From Mycobacteriales bacterium (GTDB lineage Bacteria; Actinomycetota; Actinomycetes; JAFAQI01), in the NCBI GenBank assembly GCA_036268405.1, contig DATAUF010000072.1, positions 508-64,507 on the forward strand: a stretch of DNA of 64,000 nt, read 5' to 3'. Positions 1 to 9,831 of this stretch are shown one piece after another. Under the pieces are notes generated by a model that worked only from the letters and a program-made list of their open reading frames with translations, ran no database searches and was not told the origin of the DNA. Numbering within the stretch: the stretch's first letter is position 1; the number at the start of each line of letters is the position of its first letter. The position numbers and the translations under genes were made by a program.

Positions 1-700
1 CTTCCAGCTCGGTTCCGCGGCGATCGACCCACTGCCCAGCCATGCGGCGTACGTCGACGCGTTGCGCGGCCGCGTCGCCGTTGTGTTCGGCGGCAGCTAT
101 GGGATCGGCGCCGACATCGTCTCGCTGCTCGAGTCGTACGGCGCGACCGTCCACTCCTTCAGCCGTTCGGCGACCGGCACCGATGTGGGCAAGCCGGACG
201 ACATTCGCGCCGCCCTCGAGGTCGCTCACGGCAAGGATGGCCGCATCGACTACATGGTGGTGACTGCGGGCGTGCTGACGACCGGTGCGCTCTCCGACGT
301 CGATGACGAGACCGTCGAGGAGACGATCGGCGTGAACTACATCGCGCCGGTGCAGATCGCGCGGCTCGGCATTGGTTACCTCCGACAGACCAAGGGACAG
401 CTGCTGCTGTTCACCTCGAGCAGCTACACGCGTGGTCGCGCCGGCTACAGCCTCTACTCATCGACCAAGGCCGCCGTGGTCAACCTCACGCAGGCTCTGG
501 CGGACGAGTGGGTCCCACTTGGCGTCCGGGTCAACTGCGTCAACCCCGAACGTACGGCGACACCGATGCGGGAGCGAGCGTTCGGCGAGGAGCCGGCTTC
601 CGAGCTGCTTGACCCGGCCGAGGTGGCGCGAAGCGCGGTGGACGTTCTCGTGTCCGAGATCACCGGACAGGTGGTCGACGTGCGACGAGAGCTCACCTAG
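1..700 (+). CDS. SDR-family oxidoreductase domain. Probably the C-terminal part of a longer protein (bifunctional cytidylyltransferase/SDR type) whose 5' end lies outside the window.
   Basis: Rossmann motif VAVVFGGSYGIGADI and catalytic YSSTK (YxxxK). The frame of ORF 62..700 stays open back to base 2, and the only in-window start is a TTG sitting directly on the glycine motif. Confidence 0.75.
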   Translation, partial: FQLGSAAIDPLPSHAAYVDALRGRVAVVFGGSYGIGADIVSLLESYGATVHSFSRSATGTDVGKPDDIRAALEVAHGKDGRIDYMVVTAGVLTTGALSDVDDETVEETIGVNYIAPVQIARLGIGYLRQTKGQLLLFTSSSYTRGRAGYSLYSSTKAAVVNLTQALADEWVPLGVRVNCVNPERTATPMRERAFGEEPASELLDPAEVARSAVDVLVSEITGQVVDVRRELT

Positions 701-701
701 C

Positions 702-896
702 TCACACTTTCGTGCGGGTGCCTTTGATCAAGCCGCTCGCGACCCAGGCGTTGAGCGGTTGGCGAAGCGGCCGCGGCTCCTCGGTAGGCGAGGCGTCGCG
801 CAGTGCGACCACTGCGATGAGCGCCGCGAGCTCCTCATCGCTCGGCTCGCCGCCGTTGACGATTCGAAGGTGCGGTCGAGCGTCTGGTTCGGTCAT
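702..896 (-). CDS. accE: acyl-CoA carboxylase epsilon subunit (64 aa)
   Basis: Internal start [16 protein letters not shown]...[10 protein letters not shown] is typical of AccE. Its ATG overlaps the stop of the upstream carboxyltransferase (ATGA at 893-896). Confidence 0.75.
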   Translation of the reverse strand: MTEPDARPHLRIVNGGEPSDEELAALIAVVALRDASPTEEPRPLRQPLNAWVASGLIKGTRTKV

Positions 897-2488
897 AGCG
901 GGATGTTGCCGTGCTTCTTCGGCGGGAGCGACTCGCGCTTCGTGCGCAGCATCCGCAATGCGCGGATCACCTCGACGCGGGTGGTCGACGGTTTGATGAC
1001 CGAGTCGATGTAGCCGCGCTCGGCAGCGATGTACGGGTTCGCGAAGTGGTCCTCGTAGTCGGTGACCAGATCCTTGCGGGCGGCGTCCGGATCGGCGGCA
1101 TCGGCGAGCGTGCGCCGGTGCAGGATGTTCACCGCGCCCTGCGCGCCCATGACTGCGATCTCCGCGGTCGGCCACGCGACATTTACGTCGGCCCGAAGAT
1201 GCTTCGAGCCCATGACGTCGTAAGCGCCGCCGTATGCCTTGCGCGTGATGACCGTGACCTTGGGCACCGTCGCCTCGGCGTAGGCGTAGAGCAGCTTCGC
1301 GCCGCGTCGGATGATGCCGTTCCACTCCTGGGCGGTTCCCGGCAGGAAGCCGGGCACATCGACGAACGTCAGCACCGGGATGTTGAACGCGTCGCAGGTT
1401 CGTACGAAGCGCGCCGCCTTCTCCGAGGCGTCGATGTCCAGCGTGCCGGCGAACTGCATCGGCTGGTTCGCGACGACCCCCACCGAGCGACCGTCGATCC
1501 GGGCAAATCCGCAGACGATGTTCGGTGCGAACAGCTCGTGCACCTGAAGGAAGTCTCCGTCGTCCACGACATGCTCGATGACCGTGACGATGTCGTACGG
1601 CTGGTTCGGCGAGTCCGGGATGAACGTGTCGAGAAAGGTGTCCGGCTCGGCAGTGTCGAGATCCACCTCGTCGTAGGAAGGCGCCTGCTCCATGTTGTTG
1701 CTCGGCAAGAAGGCAAGCAACGCGCGGGTGAGCTCGAGAGCCTCGGTCTCATCGGCGGACATGAAGTGCGCGACGCCCGACTTGGTGTTGTGCGTGCGCG
1801 CCCCACCGAGCTCCTCGAAGGTGACGTCCTCACCCGTCACCGTCTTGATGACGTCCGGCCCGGTGATGAACATGTGCGAGGTCTGGTCGACCATCACGGT
1901 GAAGTCGGTGAGTGCGGGGGAGTAGACATGCCCACCCGCTGTAACGCCCATGATCAGCGAAATCTGCGGGATCACGCCGGAGGCCATCACGTTGCGATAG
2001 AAGATCTCGGCGTAGAGACCGAGTGCGACGACACCTTCCTGGATGCGGGCACCACCGCCCTCGTTGATCCCGACCACGGGGCTGCCCGTCTTCATCGCCA
2101 GATCCATGACCTTGCAGATCTTCTCGCCATAGACCTCGCCGAGGGCTCCGCCGAAGATGGTGAAGTCCTGGCTGAAGATGCAGATCTGACGGCCATTGAC
2201 CGTGCCGTGACCGGTGACCACGCCGTCGCCGTACGGCCGCTTGTCCTGCATGCCGAAGTCGTGGGCGCGGTGCCGCATGAATGCGTCGAGCTCGACGAAC
2301 GAACCCGGGTCGAGCAGTGCCTCGATCCGCTCGCGGGCGGTCATCTTGCCCTTGGCGTGCTGCTTCTCGATGGCTGCCTGCGACCCGGCGTGCACCGCTT
2401 CGTCGATGTGGCGGTCGAGCTGGGCGATCTTGCCGGCGGTCGAGCGCGGGTCCGGACCGTCAGTGGGAGCAGCGGGTTGTGCCGTCAT
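893..2488 (-). CDS. accD5: acyl-CoA (propionyl-CoA) carboxylase carboxyltransferase beta subunit
   Basis: Carboxyltransferase motifs [12 protein letters not shown] and GGAYDVMG, with C-terminal KKHGNIPL. Start taken at MTAQPAAP (cat at 2486-2488); the ORF is open to 2539. Confidence 0.9.
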   Translation of the reverse strand: MTAQPAAPTDGPDPRSTAGKIAQLDRHIDEAVHAGSQAAIEKQHAKGKMTARERIEALLDPGSFVELDAFMRHRAHDFGMQDKRPYGDGVVTGHGTVNGRQICIFSQDFTIFGGALGEVYGEKICKVMDLAMKTGSPVVGINEGGGARIQEGVVALGLYAEIFYRNVMASGVIPQISLIMGVTAGGHVYSPALTDFTVMVDQTSHMFITGPDVIKTVTGEDVTFEELGGARTHNTKSGVAHFMSADETEALELTRALLAFLPSNNMEQAPSYDEVDLDTAEPDTFLDTFIPDSPNQPYDIVTVIEHVVDDGDFLQVHELFAPNIVCGFARIDGRSVGVVANQPMQFAGTLDIDASEKAARFVRTCDAFNIPVLTFVDVPGFLPGTAQEWNGIIRRGAKLLYAYAEATVPKVTVITRKAYGGAYDVMGSKHLRADVNVAWPTAEIAVMGAQGAVNILHRRTLADAADPDAARKDLVTDYEDHFANPYIAAERGYIDSVIKPSTTRVEVIRALRMLRTKRESLPPKKHGNIPL

Positions 2489-2566
2489 GAGGCCGTAGCG
2501 TACGGCGCAAAGGATCCGCGCCGGCGTAGCCGGCTCCACGATGGGCGGAGGGTGGGGTGGGTGGAT

Positions 2567-3373
2567 GTGTCTCAGTGGAGCGACCTGTCGCGCCCCCCGC
2601 TGTCAGAGGCGAGGTTGCGGCGGGCGCTGGCGCGCGACGCCACCTGGCACCAGATCGATGTCGTCGAGGCCACCGAGTCGACCAACGCCGACGTTGCGGC
2701 CGCAGCGCGCACGGGCTCGCCCGAAGGCCTGGTCCTTGTCGCCGAGCACCAGGGGGCAGGCCGCGGTCGTCTCGACCGGCGCTGGGAGTCGCCTGCGCGT
2801 GCGGGTCTCATGCTGTCGGTCCTGCTCCGTCCGTCCGTCGATGTGGGGAAGTGGGGACTGATTCCGCTGCTCGCCGGACTGGCGGTGGTCGAGGCGGTAT
2901 CCGCCGTGGGTTACGTCGAAGCGTCGCTGAAGTGGCCGAACGACGTGTTGGTCGACGACCTCAAGCTCGGCGGCCTGCTGGTCGAGCTGGCGGCCGATGC
3001 GGCGGTCGTCGGGATCGGGCTCAACGTGTCGACCCGCGCCGACGAGCTGCCCGTCCCGACCGCGACCAGCATGCTTGTCGCCGGTGGAACGACTGACCGG
3101 GAACCGCTGCTGAAGGAGCTGCTGCGTGCCCTGGCACGTCGCTACCGGGCGTGGTGCGACGCTGATGGCGCTCCGGACTCCGTGCTACCCGCATATCGGG
3201 AGCGGTGCGAGACGATTGGCGCTGAGGTCGAGCTTGCGCTTCCAGGGGGCGATGTTGCGCGGGGAACCGCGGTTGATGTGGACGAGACCGGCAGACTGGT
3301 CGTCGCTGACGCCGACACCGGCGAAGAGCGGGCCTGGCTGGTCGGCGATGTGACACACGTACGGAGGGGTTGA
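2567..3373 (+). CDS. birA: biotin--[acetyl-CoA-carboxylase] ligase
   Basis: [12 protein letters not shown] and KWPNDV motifs. GTG start at 2567. The upstream part of the 820-aa ORF is antisense to accD5. Confidence 0.85.
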   Translation: MSQWSDLSRPPLSEARLRRALARDATWHQIDVVEATESTNADVAAAARTGSPEGLVLVAEHQGAGRGRLDRRWESPARAGLMLSVLLRPSVDVGKWGLIPLLAGLAVVEAVSAVGYVEASLKWPNDVLVDDLKLGGLLVELAADAAVVGIGLNVSTRADELPVPTATSMLVAGGTTDREPLLKELLRALARRYRAWCDADGAPDSVLPAYRERCETIGAEVELALPGGDVARGTAVDVDETGRLVVADADTGEERAWLVGDVTHVRRG

Positions 3374-3377
3374 GGCA

Positions 3378-3878
3378 GTGGGCTTTCCCGAGAACATCCT
3401 TGACGAAGGCGAGCACGTGGTGCGCAACCTTCGGCCGCATTGGCGCAAGGTGGCGGGTCCGGTGGTGCTCCTGCCGATCGTTGTCGGCCTCGCGTCCTAC
3501 GGCTGGTTCTCCCTGCCGGACGACTCGGCGCGGAAGGTCCTTCGCTGGGTGATCCTTGCGGCAGCACTCGTGATCCTGCTGTGGTGGTCCGTTCGGCCGT
3601 TCCTCTTCTGGCTGACGACGCGCTACGTCGTGACCGACCGTCGAGTGCTGATGCGCCAAGGCGTTCTGGCGCGTACCGGCCGTGACGTCCCGTTGACGAG
3701 GGTCAACGACGTGTCGTTCTCGAGATCCGTCGTGGAGCGGCTGTTCGGCTCGGGCACGCTTGTCATCGAGTCGGCCGGCGACCGCGGCCAGGTGTCACTC
3801 ACCGACGTACCCCACGTCGAGACCGTGCAGCGCGAGATCTACAAGCTCGTCGAGGACGAGGCTCAGCGGTTGCGGTGA
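3378..3878 (+). CDS. bPH_2 (YdbS-like) PH-domain membrane protein
   Basis: Two N-terminal hydrophobic helices followed by YVVTDRRVLMRQG...GTLVIESAG. Same position as Rv3278c next to birA. Confidence 0.7.
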   Translation: MGFPENILDEGEHVVRNLRPHWRKVAGPVVLLPIVVGLASYGWFSLPDDSARKVLRWVILAAALVILLWWSVRPFLFWLTTRYVVTDRRVLMRQGVLARTGRDVPLTRVNDVSFSRSVVERLFGSGTLVIESAGDRGQVSLTDVPHVETVQREIYKLVEDEAQRLR

Positions 3879-5383
3879 TAGCGAAAGCGCGATCGGTCGG
3901 ACTCAACCGATCGATCTGGGTTGGCGTCGCAGGCATCGCGGTGGTGCTGCTCGCTGCGCGCAAGCTGTCTCTCGGTGTTGCCGTGGCAGCGGCCGTCGCG
4001 ATGGCGGTTGTCCTGGTGGCGGCAGCGATCGCCGAGTCGCTGCGCGGGCTCGTCGTGCAGATGCGGCGGACGCCGCTGCGGGCACGCGGCCTGGATCTGG
4101 GCAGCTTCCGAATGCCGCGACGAGCTCCGCGGATTCTCATGAGTCCGCGCGGCCTGGACTTTCTTCCGGTGGTGGTCGGCGCGGTCGGCGTCATCGTGGC
4201 GAGCAGCGATGACGAGAGTGCGGCTGCTGTCGTCGGCCTCACCGTTGGCGCGCTACTCGGGCTGCTTCCCGTGCTCGTGCTCGGCCGGTTGTTGCTTCGT
4301 GACCACCGCTCGGGGCTGCGCGAGCGCGCGACGGTCGCGATCTCCGACGCGGTCGATCTGCTCGCACCGGAGGTCATCCTCTATTTCGCGGGAAGCGTCG
4401 AGGAGCTCTACCAGCTGCAGATGTGGTTCGAGCCGGTCGTGCGCCTGGACCGCCGGACGCTGGTGGTGTTGCGCAGCGACCTCGCGATGGACGAGTTGCG
4501 GGATGCGCCGTTCCCGGTCATCTCATCGACCTACAACGGCATCCTCGCGGCGCTGCCGCTGCCGTCGAGGGTCCTGACGTTATTCCCGACCCACAGCGGC
4601 AACAACCTGTCGATGGTGCGCCGCCGGGAGACGTACTGCGTCTTCGTGGGTCACGGCGACAGCGACAAGCCCGACAGCGCCAACCCGTACGCCCGGTTGT
4701 ACGACGAGATCTGGGTGGCGGGATCGCTCGGCCGCCGGCGCTACGCGGAAGCTGCAGTCGGGATCCGCGACGAAGCGGTGCACGAGGTGGGTCGCCCGCA
4801 GTTCATGGTGCCGGCCGATCCCGCGCCACAGCCCCCAGTCATCGTCTACGCGCCGACGTGGGAAGGATGGGGCGACGACCCACACCACAGCTCGTTGCCA
4901 CATGTCGGTCTTGCGCTGGTCGACGCACTCCTCGCGACACCGGGTGTGAAGGTGCGTTACCGGCCGCATCCGTTGACCGGACAGCGCGATCCCGACCTGC
5001 GCCGGGCGAGCGACGCGATCATCGCGCGGGTCGGCCGGGTGCCGCGCGGCGAGCCACTCTCGGTCACCTTGGCCGGGGCGACTGGTCTCGTTGCGGATGT
5101 CTCCAGCATCGTGTCGGAATACCTCGCCTACGACCGCCCGTACGCCGTCGCTGACACCCGCGGGCTGGGACGCCGGGCACTTTCGCGCCGCTTCCCGTCC
5201 ACCGCCGGAGCATTTCTGCTGGACGCCGACCTCGCCGGGCTCGATGCGTTTCTCGCGGCGGCTGCCGGTCGCCGCGACGCGACGTCTCGGGCCAGGCGCT
5301 TGTTGGTCAAGGACGCGCTCGGCGATCCGCTGACGTCGCAGGATCGCTTCGCGGCTGCCGTCGAGCGGGTGCTTGCCCCATGA
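3875..5383 (+). CDS. membrane-anchored CDP-glycerol/ribitol glycerophosphotransferase-like (TagF-family-like) protein
   Basis: About 170 aa of hydrophobic N-terminus. The C-terminal half has TagF-like motifs VIVYAPTWEGW, GHGDSDK and RYRPHPLT. GTGA overlap with the bPH gene. Confidence 0.5.
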   Translation: MIAKARSVGLNRSIWVGVAGIAVVLLAARKLSLGVAVAAAVAMAVVLVAAAIAESLRGLVVQMRRTPLRARGLDLGSFRMPRRAPRILMSPRGLDFLPVVVGAVGVIVASSDDESAAAVVGLTVGALLGLLPVLVLGRLLLRDHRSGLRERATVAISDAVDLLAPEVILYFAGSVEELYQLQMWFEPVVRLDRRTLVVLRSDLAMDELRDAPFPVISSTYNGILAALPLPSRVLTLFPTHSGNNLSMVRRRETYCVFVGHGDSDKPDSANPYARLYDEIWVAGSLGRRRYAEAAVGIRDEAVHEVGRPQFMVPADPAPQPPVIVYAPTWEGWGDDPHHSSLPHVGLALVDALLATPGVKVRYRPHPLTGQRDPDLRRASDAIIARVGRVPRGEPLSVTLAGATGLVADVSSIVSEYLAYDRPYAVADTRGLGRRALSRRFPSTAGAFLLDADLAGLDAFLAAAAGRRDATSRARRLLVKDALGDPLTSQDRFAAAVERVLAP

Positions 5384-6348
5384 CACCGCCAGAGGAGTTC
5401 GACCCCGGAGCTCTCGAACGAGAGCTGCTCGGCGGCGAACGCCGGTACACCCGTCTCGAGGTGGCTGAGCTGGCGGGCGTTCGGGTCGAGCGCACGGTCG
5501 AGCTGTGGCGGGCGCTCGGATTCGCCGATGTGGCGGACGACGTCTGTGCGTTCACTGACCGGGACGTGTGGGCGTTGCGGACGGTAACCGAGCTCGGGGC
5601 GGCAGGCTGGCTCGACGACGACCTCCAGGTCTCGATGGCCCGCGCGCTGGGTCAGTCGCTGTCGCGGCTCGCTGATTGGCAGCTGGCCTCGCTCGGATCG
5701 ATGATCGATCCGGCGCTCGAGGCCGAGCAGGCGATGCGGCGTGCGGAGGAGCTCGTCCCGGTTGTCGAGGAGCTCATCGGATATGTGTGGCGCCGCCACC
5801 TGGCCGCCGCAGCCGGGCGAGCACTCGCGGGCAGCGGTGACGAGTTTGCCTCCGGGACCGTTGCGGTCGGCTTTGCCGACCTGGTCGGCTTCACGAGCCT
5901 CACCCGCGAGATCGGCGACGAGGAGCTGGGCGTGCTCGTCGAGCGATTCGAGAGCCTTGCCTCGGACATCGTCGCGGCCGGCGGCGGCCGGGTGATCAAG
6001 ACGATCGGCGACGAGATCCTCTTCGTCGCGGACGACGTCGCCACGGCGGCGGAGATCGGCGCCCGCCTCGCCGAGCAGGTGCCCCAGTACGACTCCCTTC
6101 CCGAGCTGCGGGTCGGGATGGCCTACGGCACGGTCCTGTCGCGGCTCGGCGACGTCTATGGCGAGCCCGTGAACCTCGCGAGCCGCTTGACCTCCATCGC
6201 CCGCCCGGGGGCGATCCTTGTCGACAGGGAGTTCGCCGACGCCATCAATGACAACCCGGCCTGGCGACTGCGTCGCGTGCCCCCGCGACCGGTGCGCGGC
6301 TACGCCCTGCTCCAACCGCTTCGGCTGCGCCGCAACGACGCGTCCTAG
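5380..6348 (+). CDS. class III adenylate/guanylate cyclase with an N-terminal MerR-like helix-turn-helix region
   Basis: Cyclase motifs VAVGFADLVGFTSL, IKTIGDEILF and GEPVNLASRL. ATGA overlap with the upstream gene. Confidence 0.8.
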   Translation: MTPPEEFDPGALERELLGGERRYTRLEVAELAGVRVERTVELWRALGFADVADDVCAFTDRDVWALRTVTELGAAGWLDDDLQVSMARALGQSLSRLADWQLASLGSMIDPALEAEQAMRRAEELVPVVEELIGYVWRRHLAAAAGRALAGSGDEFASGTVAVGFADLVGFTSLTREIGDEELGVLVERFESLASDIVAAGGGRVIKTIGDEILFVADDVATAAEIGARLAEQVPQYDSLPELRVGMAYGTVLSRLGDVYGEPVNLASRLTSIARPGAILVDREFADAINDNPAWRLRRVPPRPVRGYALLQPLRLRRNDAS

Positions 6349-6359
6349 GCTCTTCCCAC

Positions 6360-7274
6360 GTGAGCGATCTCCCGTCTTCGGTCAGCCTTCGTGAAGTGGG
6401 ACCGCGCGACGGCCTGCAGAACGAGGACCCGGTATCGACCGAGGCGAAGGTCGAGCTGGTCGATGCGCTGTCGACGACTGGCGTCAGCCGGATCGAGGCC
6501 GTGAGCTTCGTGTCGCCGAAGGCGATCCCGCAGATGGCGGACGCCGATGCCGTATGGGCCGGCATCACCCGCAACGACGACGTCCGCTACTCCGCGCTGG
6601 TTCCCAACCTCCGTGGTGCGCAGCGGGCGCTGGCCGCGGGCTTTCGCGACATCGAGGTGGTCGTGTCGGCGTCGGATACCCACAACCGCAAGAACATCAA
6701 CCGGAGCACCGCGGAGTCACTCGACGAGATCACCGAGCTGCTTGCGCTCGCCCATGGGATGGACGCAAAGGTGCAGGTCGTCGTCGCGACGGCGTGGGGT
6801 TGTCCGTACGAGGGCGACGTCCCCGTCGAGCGCGTGGTGTCGGTCGCCGGCCGCGTGATCGCAGACGGTGCCGACGGGATCTCGTTCGGCGACACCACCG
6901 GCATGGCGACACCGAGCCGGGTCACGAGGCTGATCGGCGAGCTGCGTTCGGCGAACCCCGACGTGCCGGTCAATCTGCATTTCCACAACACGCGTGGAAC
7001 CGGCCTGGCCAACGTGCTCGCGGCGATGCAGATGGGCGTGGACGACTTCGACGCCAGTGTCGGCGGACTGGGAGGTTGCCCCTACGCACCCGGCGCCAGC
7101 GGCAATGTCGCGACCGAGGAGCTGATCCACATGGTCGAGGACATGGGGGTGGCGACCGGCATCGACCTCGACGCAATGATCGAAGCGGCCGCCACCGCGG
7201 AGCGGATCGTCGGTCGCACCCTGCCGAGCCAGGTGCTGCGGGCCGGTCCGCGTACCCGCACCGCTTCGGCATGA
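6360..7274 (+). CDS. hmgL: hydroxymethylglutaryl-CoA lyase
   Basis: EVGPRDGLQNE, SFVSPKAIPQM, HFHNTRGTGLAN. Confidence 0.9.
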   Translation: MSDLPSSVSLREVGPRDGLQNEDPVSTEAKVELVDALSTTGVSRIEAVSFVSPKAIPQMADADAVWAGITRNDDVRYSALVPNLRGAQRALAAGFRDIEVVVSASDTHNRKNINRSTAESLDEITELLALAHGMDAKVQVVVATAWGCPYEGDVPVERVVSVAGRVIADGADGISFGDTTGMATPSRVTRLIGELRSANPDVPVNLHFHNTRGTGLANVLAAMQMGVDDFDASVGGLGGCPYAPGASGNVATEELIHMVEDMGVATGIDLDAMIEAAATAERIVGRTLPSQVLRAGPRTRTASA

Positions 7275-7801
7275 GCGCCCAGGGGGTGGGCGTGAAGAGC
7301 AGTGCGGTGGCGGTGCGCTACGCCGAGCAAGGCGATCTTCCGATCCTGACCGAGATCTACAACCACTACGTGCTGCACACCGCGGCGACGTTCGACATCA
7401 CGCCGTTCGACGTCGCCTCGCGCCAGGCGTGGTTCGCCCACTACAGCCGCACCGGTCCGCATCGGTTGCTCGTCGCCACCCACGACGGTGAGGTCGTCGG
7501 CTACGCGAGCAGCAGCCGATTCCGTCCCAAACCGGCGTACGACACCTCGATCGAGGTGACCGTCTATCTCAACCCGCGATCGACCGGTGGTGGGATCGGC
7601 TCTGCGCTGTACGAGCGGCTGTTCGCGGAGCTCCGCGACGAGCCGTTGCATCGCGCGTACGCCGTGATCGCGCTGCCCAACCCGGCCTCCGTGGCGCTGC
7701 ATCGGCGATTCGGCTTCGTCGAAACTGGGATGATGAGCGAGGTCGGACGCAAGTACGACCAATGGTGGGACGTGCTGATGATGCAACGTTCGCTTCCGTG
7801 A
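7271..7801 (+). CDS. GNAT family N-acetyltransferase (phosphinothricin-acetyltransferase-like)
   Basis: GGGIGSALYERL acetyl-CoA loop, with PAT-like N-terminus LPILTEIYNHYV. ATGA overlap with hmgL. Confidence 0.75.
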   Translation: MSAQGVGVKSSAVAVRYAEQGDLPILTEIYNHYVLHTAATFDITPFDVASRQAWFAHYSRTGPHRLLVATHDGEVVGYASSSRFRPKPAYDTSIEVTVYLNPRSTGGGIGSALYERLFAELRDEPLHRAYAVIALPNPASVALHRRFGFVETGMMSEVGRKYDQWWDVLMMQRSLP

Positions 7802-7822
7802 ATTCGCCCTAGTCTCACGGGC

Positions 7823-9340
7823 GTGACGGACATCCACGAGCTCCGCGAGCAGATCGAGCGCGGCGGTGCAGAGAAGTACCACACCGCCAACGCGGAGTCC
7901 GGAAAGCTCTTCGCCCGCGAGCGCATCCGACTGCTTGTCGACGAGGGCTCCTTCGTCGAGGACGGGATGTTCGCGAATGCCCTCGCCGGCGACCTGCCGG
8001 CGGACGGGGTGGTGACCGGGATGGCCCGGATCGATGGCCGATCGGTCTGCCTGATGGCGAACGACTCGACAGTGAAGGCCGGGTCGTGGGGGGCGCGCAC
8101 CGTTGCGAAGCTCGTCCGGATCATCGAGACGGCGTATTCGCTCAGCGTGCCGATGGTGTGGCTGGTCGACTCGGCCGGCGCGAGGATCACCGACCAGGTG
8201 CAGATGTTCCCGGGCCGGCGTGCCGCGGGGCGGATCTTCTACAACCAGGTCAAGGCGAGCGGATCGATCCCGCAGGTTTGCGCGCTGTTCGGCCCGAGCG
8301 CGGCCGGTGGCGCCTACATCCCCGCGTTCTGCGATGTCGTCGTGATGGTCGAGGGCAATGCGTCGATGTACCTCGGCTCGCCTCGCATGGTCGAGATGGT
8401 GGTGGGCGAGCAGACCACCCTCGAGGAGATGGGCGGTGCCCGGATGCACTGCACAGTCTCTGGCGTCGGTCACTTCCTGGCACCCGACGAGCCGAGCGCC
8501 ATCGACACCGTCAAGCGCTACCTGTCCTACCTTCCGTCCAACTGGCGGGGTGAGCCGCCGTCCGCGCTCCCCGCGGGGCCCGGTCCCGGCGACCTGCACG
8601 CGATGGTGCCGGAGAACGACCGGCAGGCCTACGACATGCGGCGCTATGTCACTGCGCTGCTCGACGAAGGGTCGTTCTTGCCGATCCACGAGCTGTGGGC
8701 CAAGGAGCTCATCGTCGGATTCGGCCGGCTCGACGGCGAGGTCGTCGGAGTCGTCGCCAACAACCCGATGATCAAGGGCGGGGTCCTGTTCGTCGACTCG
8801 GCGGACAAGGGTGCGCGGTTCATCCAGCTCTGCGATGCGTTCAACGTCCCGCTGCTGTTCCTTGCCGACGTGCCAGGCTTCATGGTGGGCACCGCGGTCG
8901 AGCGCGAGGGGATCATCCGGCACGGCGCCAAGCTGATCACCGCGGTGTGCGAGGCGACCGTCCCGAAGATCTCGGTCATCGTCCGCAAGGCGTACGGTGC
9001 GGGGCTCTACGCGATGGCCGGCCCGGCGTTCGGGACGGATGCGACGATCGCGCTCCCGACGGCGAAGATCGCGGTGATGGGTGCGGAGGCAGCGATCAAC
9101 GCCGTCTACTACAACCAGATCCAGAAGATCTCTGACGAGGCCGAGCGGGATGAGTACGTCGCGAACCTTCGTGCGGAGTACGACGAGGACATCGACATCG
9201 TCCATCTCGCCGCCGAGCTGGTGGTCGACGCGATCATCGAGCCGGAAGCGCTAAGGCAGGAGCTCGTCGTACGGTTCGCGGCCTACCGGGGCAAGGACCG
9301 CGGCTTTGCCAGAAGGCGCCACGGCGTCACTCCGGTCTGA
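7823..9340 (+). CDS. acyl-CoA carboxylase carboxyltransferase beta subunit (methylcrotonyl-CoA carboxylase beta-like by context)
   Basis: Carboxyltransferase fold signatures (DSAGARI, GPSAAGGAYIP, FLADVPGFMVG) and C-terminal RRHGVTPV. Flanked by HMG-CoA lyase and an acyl-CoA dehydrogenase. Confidence 0.85.
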   Translation: MTDIHELREQIERGGAEKYHTANAESGKLFARERIRLLVDEGSFVEDGMFANALAGDLPADGVVTGMARIDGRSVCLMANDSTVKAGSWGARTVAKLVRIIETAYSLSVPMVWLVDSAGARITDQVQMFPGRRAAGRIFYNQVKASGSIPQVCALFGPSAAGGAYIPAFCDVVVMVEGNASMYLGSPRMVEMVVGEQTTLEEMGGARMHCTVSGVGHFLAPDEPSAIDTVKRYLSYLPSNWRGEPPSALPAGPGPGDLHAMVPENDRQAYDMRRYVTALLDEGSFLPIHELWAKELIVGFGRLDGEVVGVVANNPMIKGGVLFVDSADKGARFIQLCDAFNVPLLFLADVPGFMVGTAVEREGIIRHGAKLITAVCEATVPKISVIVRKAYGAGLYAMAGPAFGTDATIALPTAKIAVMGAEAAINAVYYNQIQKISDEAERDEYVANLRAEYDEDIDIVHLAAELVVDAIIEPEALRQELVVRFAAYRGKDRGFARRRHGVTPV

Positions 9341-9817
9341 GACGAACACCCAGCGGCGGAACGACCAGAAACGCCAGACCGTGCCGAGGGCAGTGCCGAC
9401 AAACGTCGAAGAGATGTTGTACGCGAGCTTTGAGTGCAGGCCCAGGACGTATTCGCTGAAGCCGACCGGGATCTCGGAGATTGCGAGGCCCACGGCCGAC
9501 AGCAGCAGGAACATGGTCAGGCCGCGGCCGAGACCGTTGTCGTCCTTGTGCTTCCACGTCCAGTGCCGGTTCGCGAAGTAGGACAGGGTCGCCGCGATGA
9601 TGGTGGCGAGGCCGAAGCTGGTGAGCGGGCCGAGATCGAGGCCGAAGTGGAAGAGGTTGTTCAGGACCGTCGTGAGGACGAAGGCGACAGCGCCGACGAC
9701 GCCGAACTTCGCGATTTCATGCAGCAGGTGCTCGAAGGTCGCGTAGAAACGACGGACGCGGGCACCGACCACCCCCTCAAGGGTACGGGCGCACCAGATG
9801 GGCACGTTGAGAATCAT
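9251..9817 (-). CDS. GtrA family membrane protein
   Basis: FGVVGAVAFVLTTVLNNLF... and four hydrophobic segments ending WRFWSFRRWVF. Start at MILNVP (cat 9815-9817). The 3' tail overlaps the convergent carboxyltransferase gene by 90 nt. Confidence 0.7.
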   Translation of the reverse strand: MILNVPIWCARTLEGVVGARVRRFYATFEHLLHEIAKFGVVGAVAFVLTTVLNNLFHFGLDLGPLTSFGLATIIAATLSYFANRHWTWKHKDDNGLGRGLTMFLLLSAVGLAISEIPVGFSEYVLGLHSKLAYNISSTFVGTALGTVWRFWSFRRWVFVSDRSDAVAPSGKAAVLAPVGREPYDELLP

Positions 9818-9831
9818 GGGAGAATCGAGGC

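Noticed and set aside
911-2566. N-terminal ~550 aa of the 820-aa plus-strand ORF 911..3373
   Set aside because: It is entirely antisense to the well-supported accD5 gene and has an Arg/Gly/Asp-rich composition typical of high-GC shadow frames. Only the part from the GTG at 2567 onward (BirA motifs) is credible.
7082-9205. 707-aa minus-strand ORF
   Set aside because: It is antisense to the carboxyltransferase and GNAT genes, has no recognisable motifs, and has a low-complexity R/D/V/G-rich composition. It is a high-GC shadow ORF.
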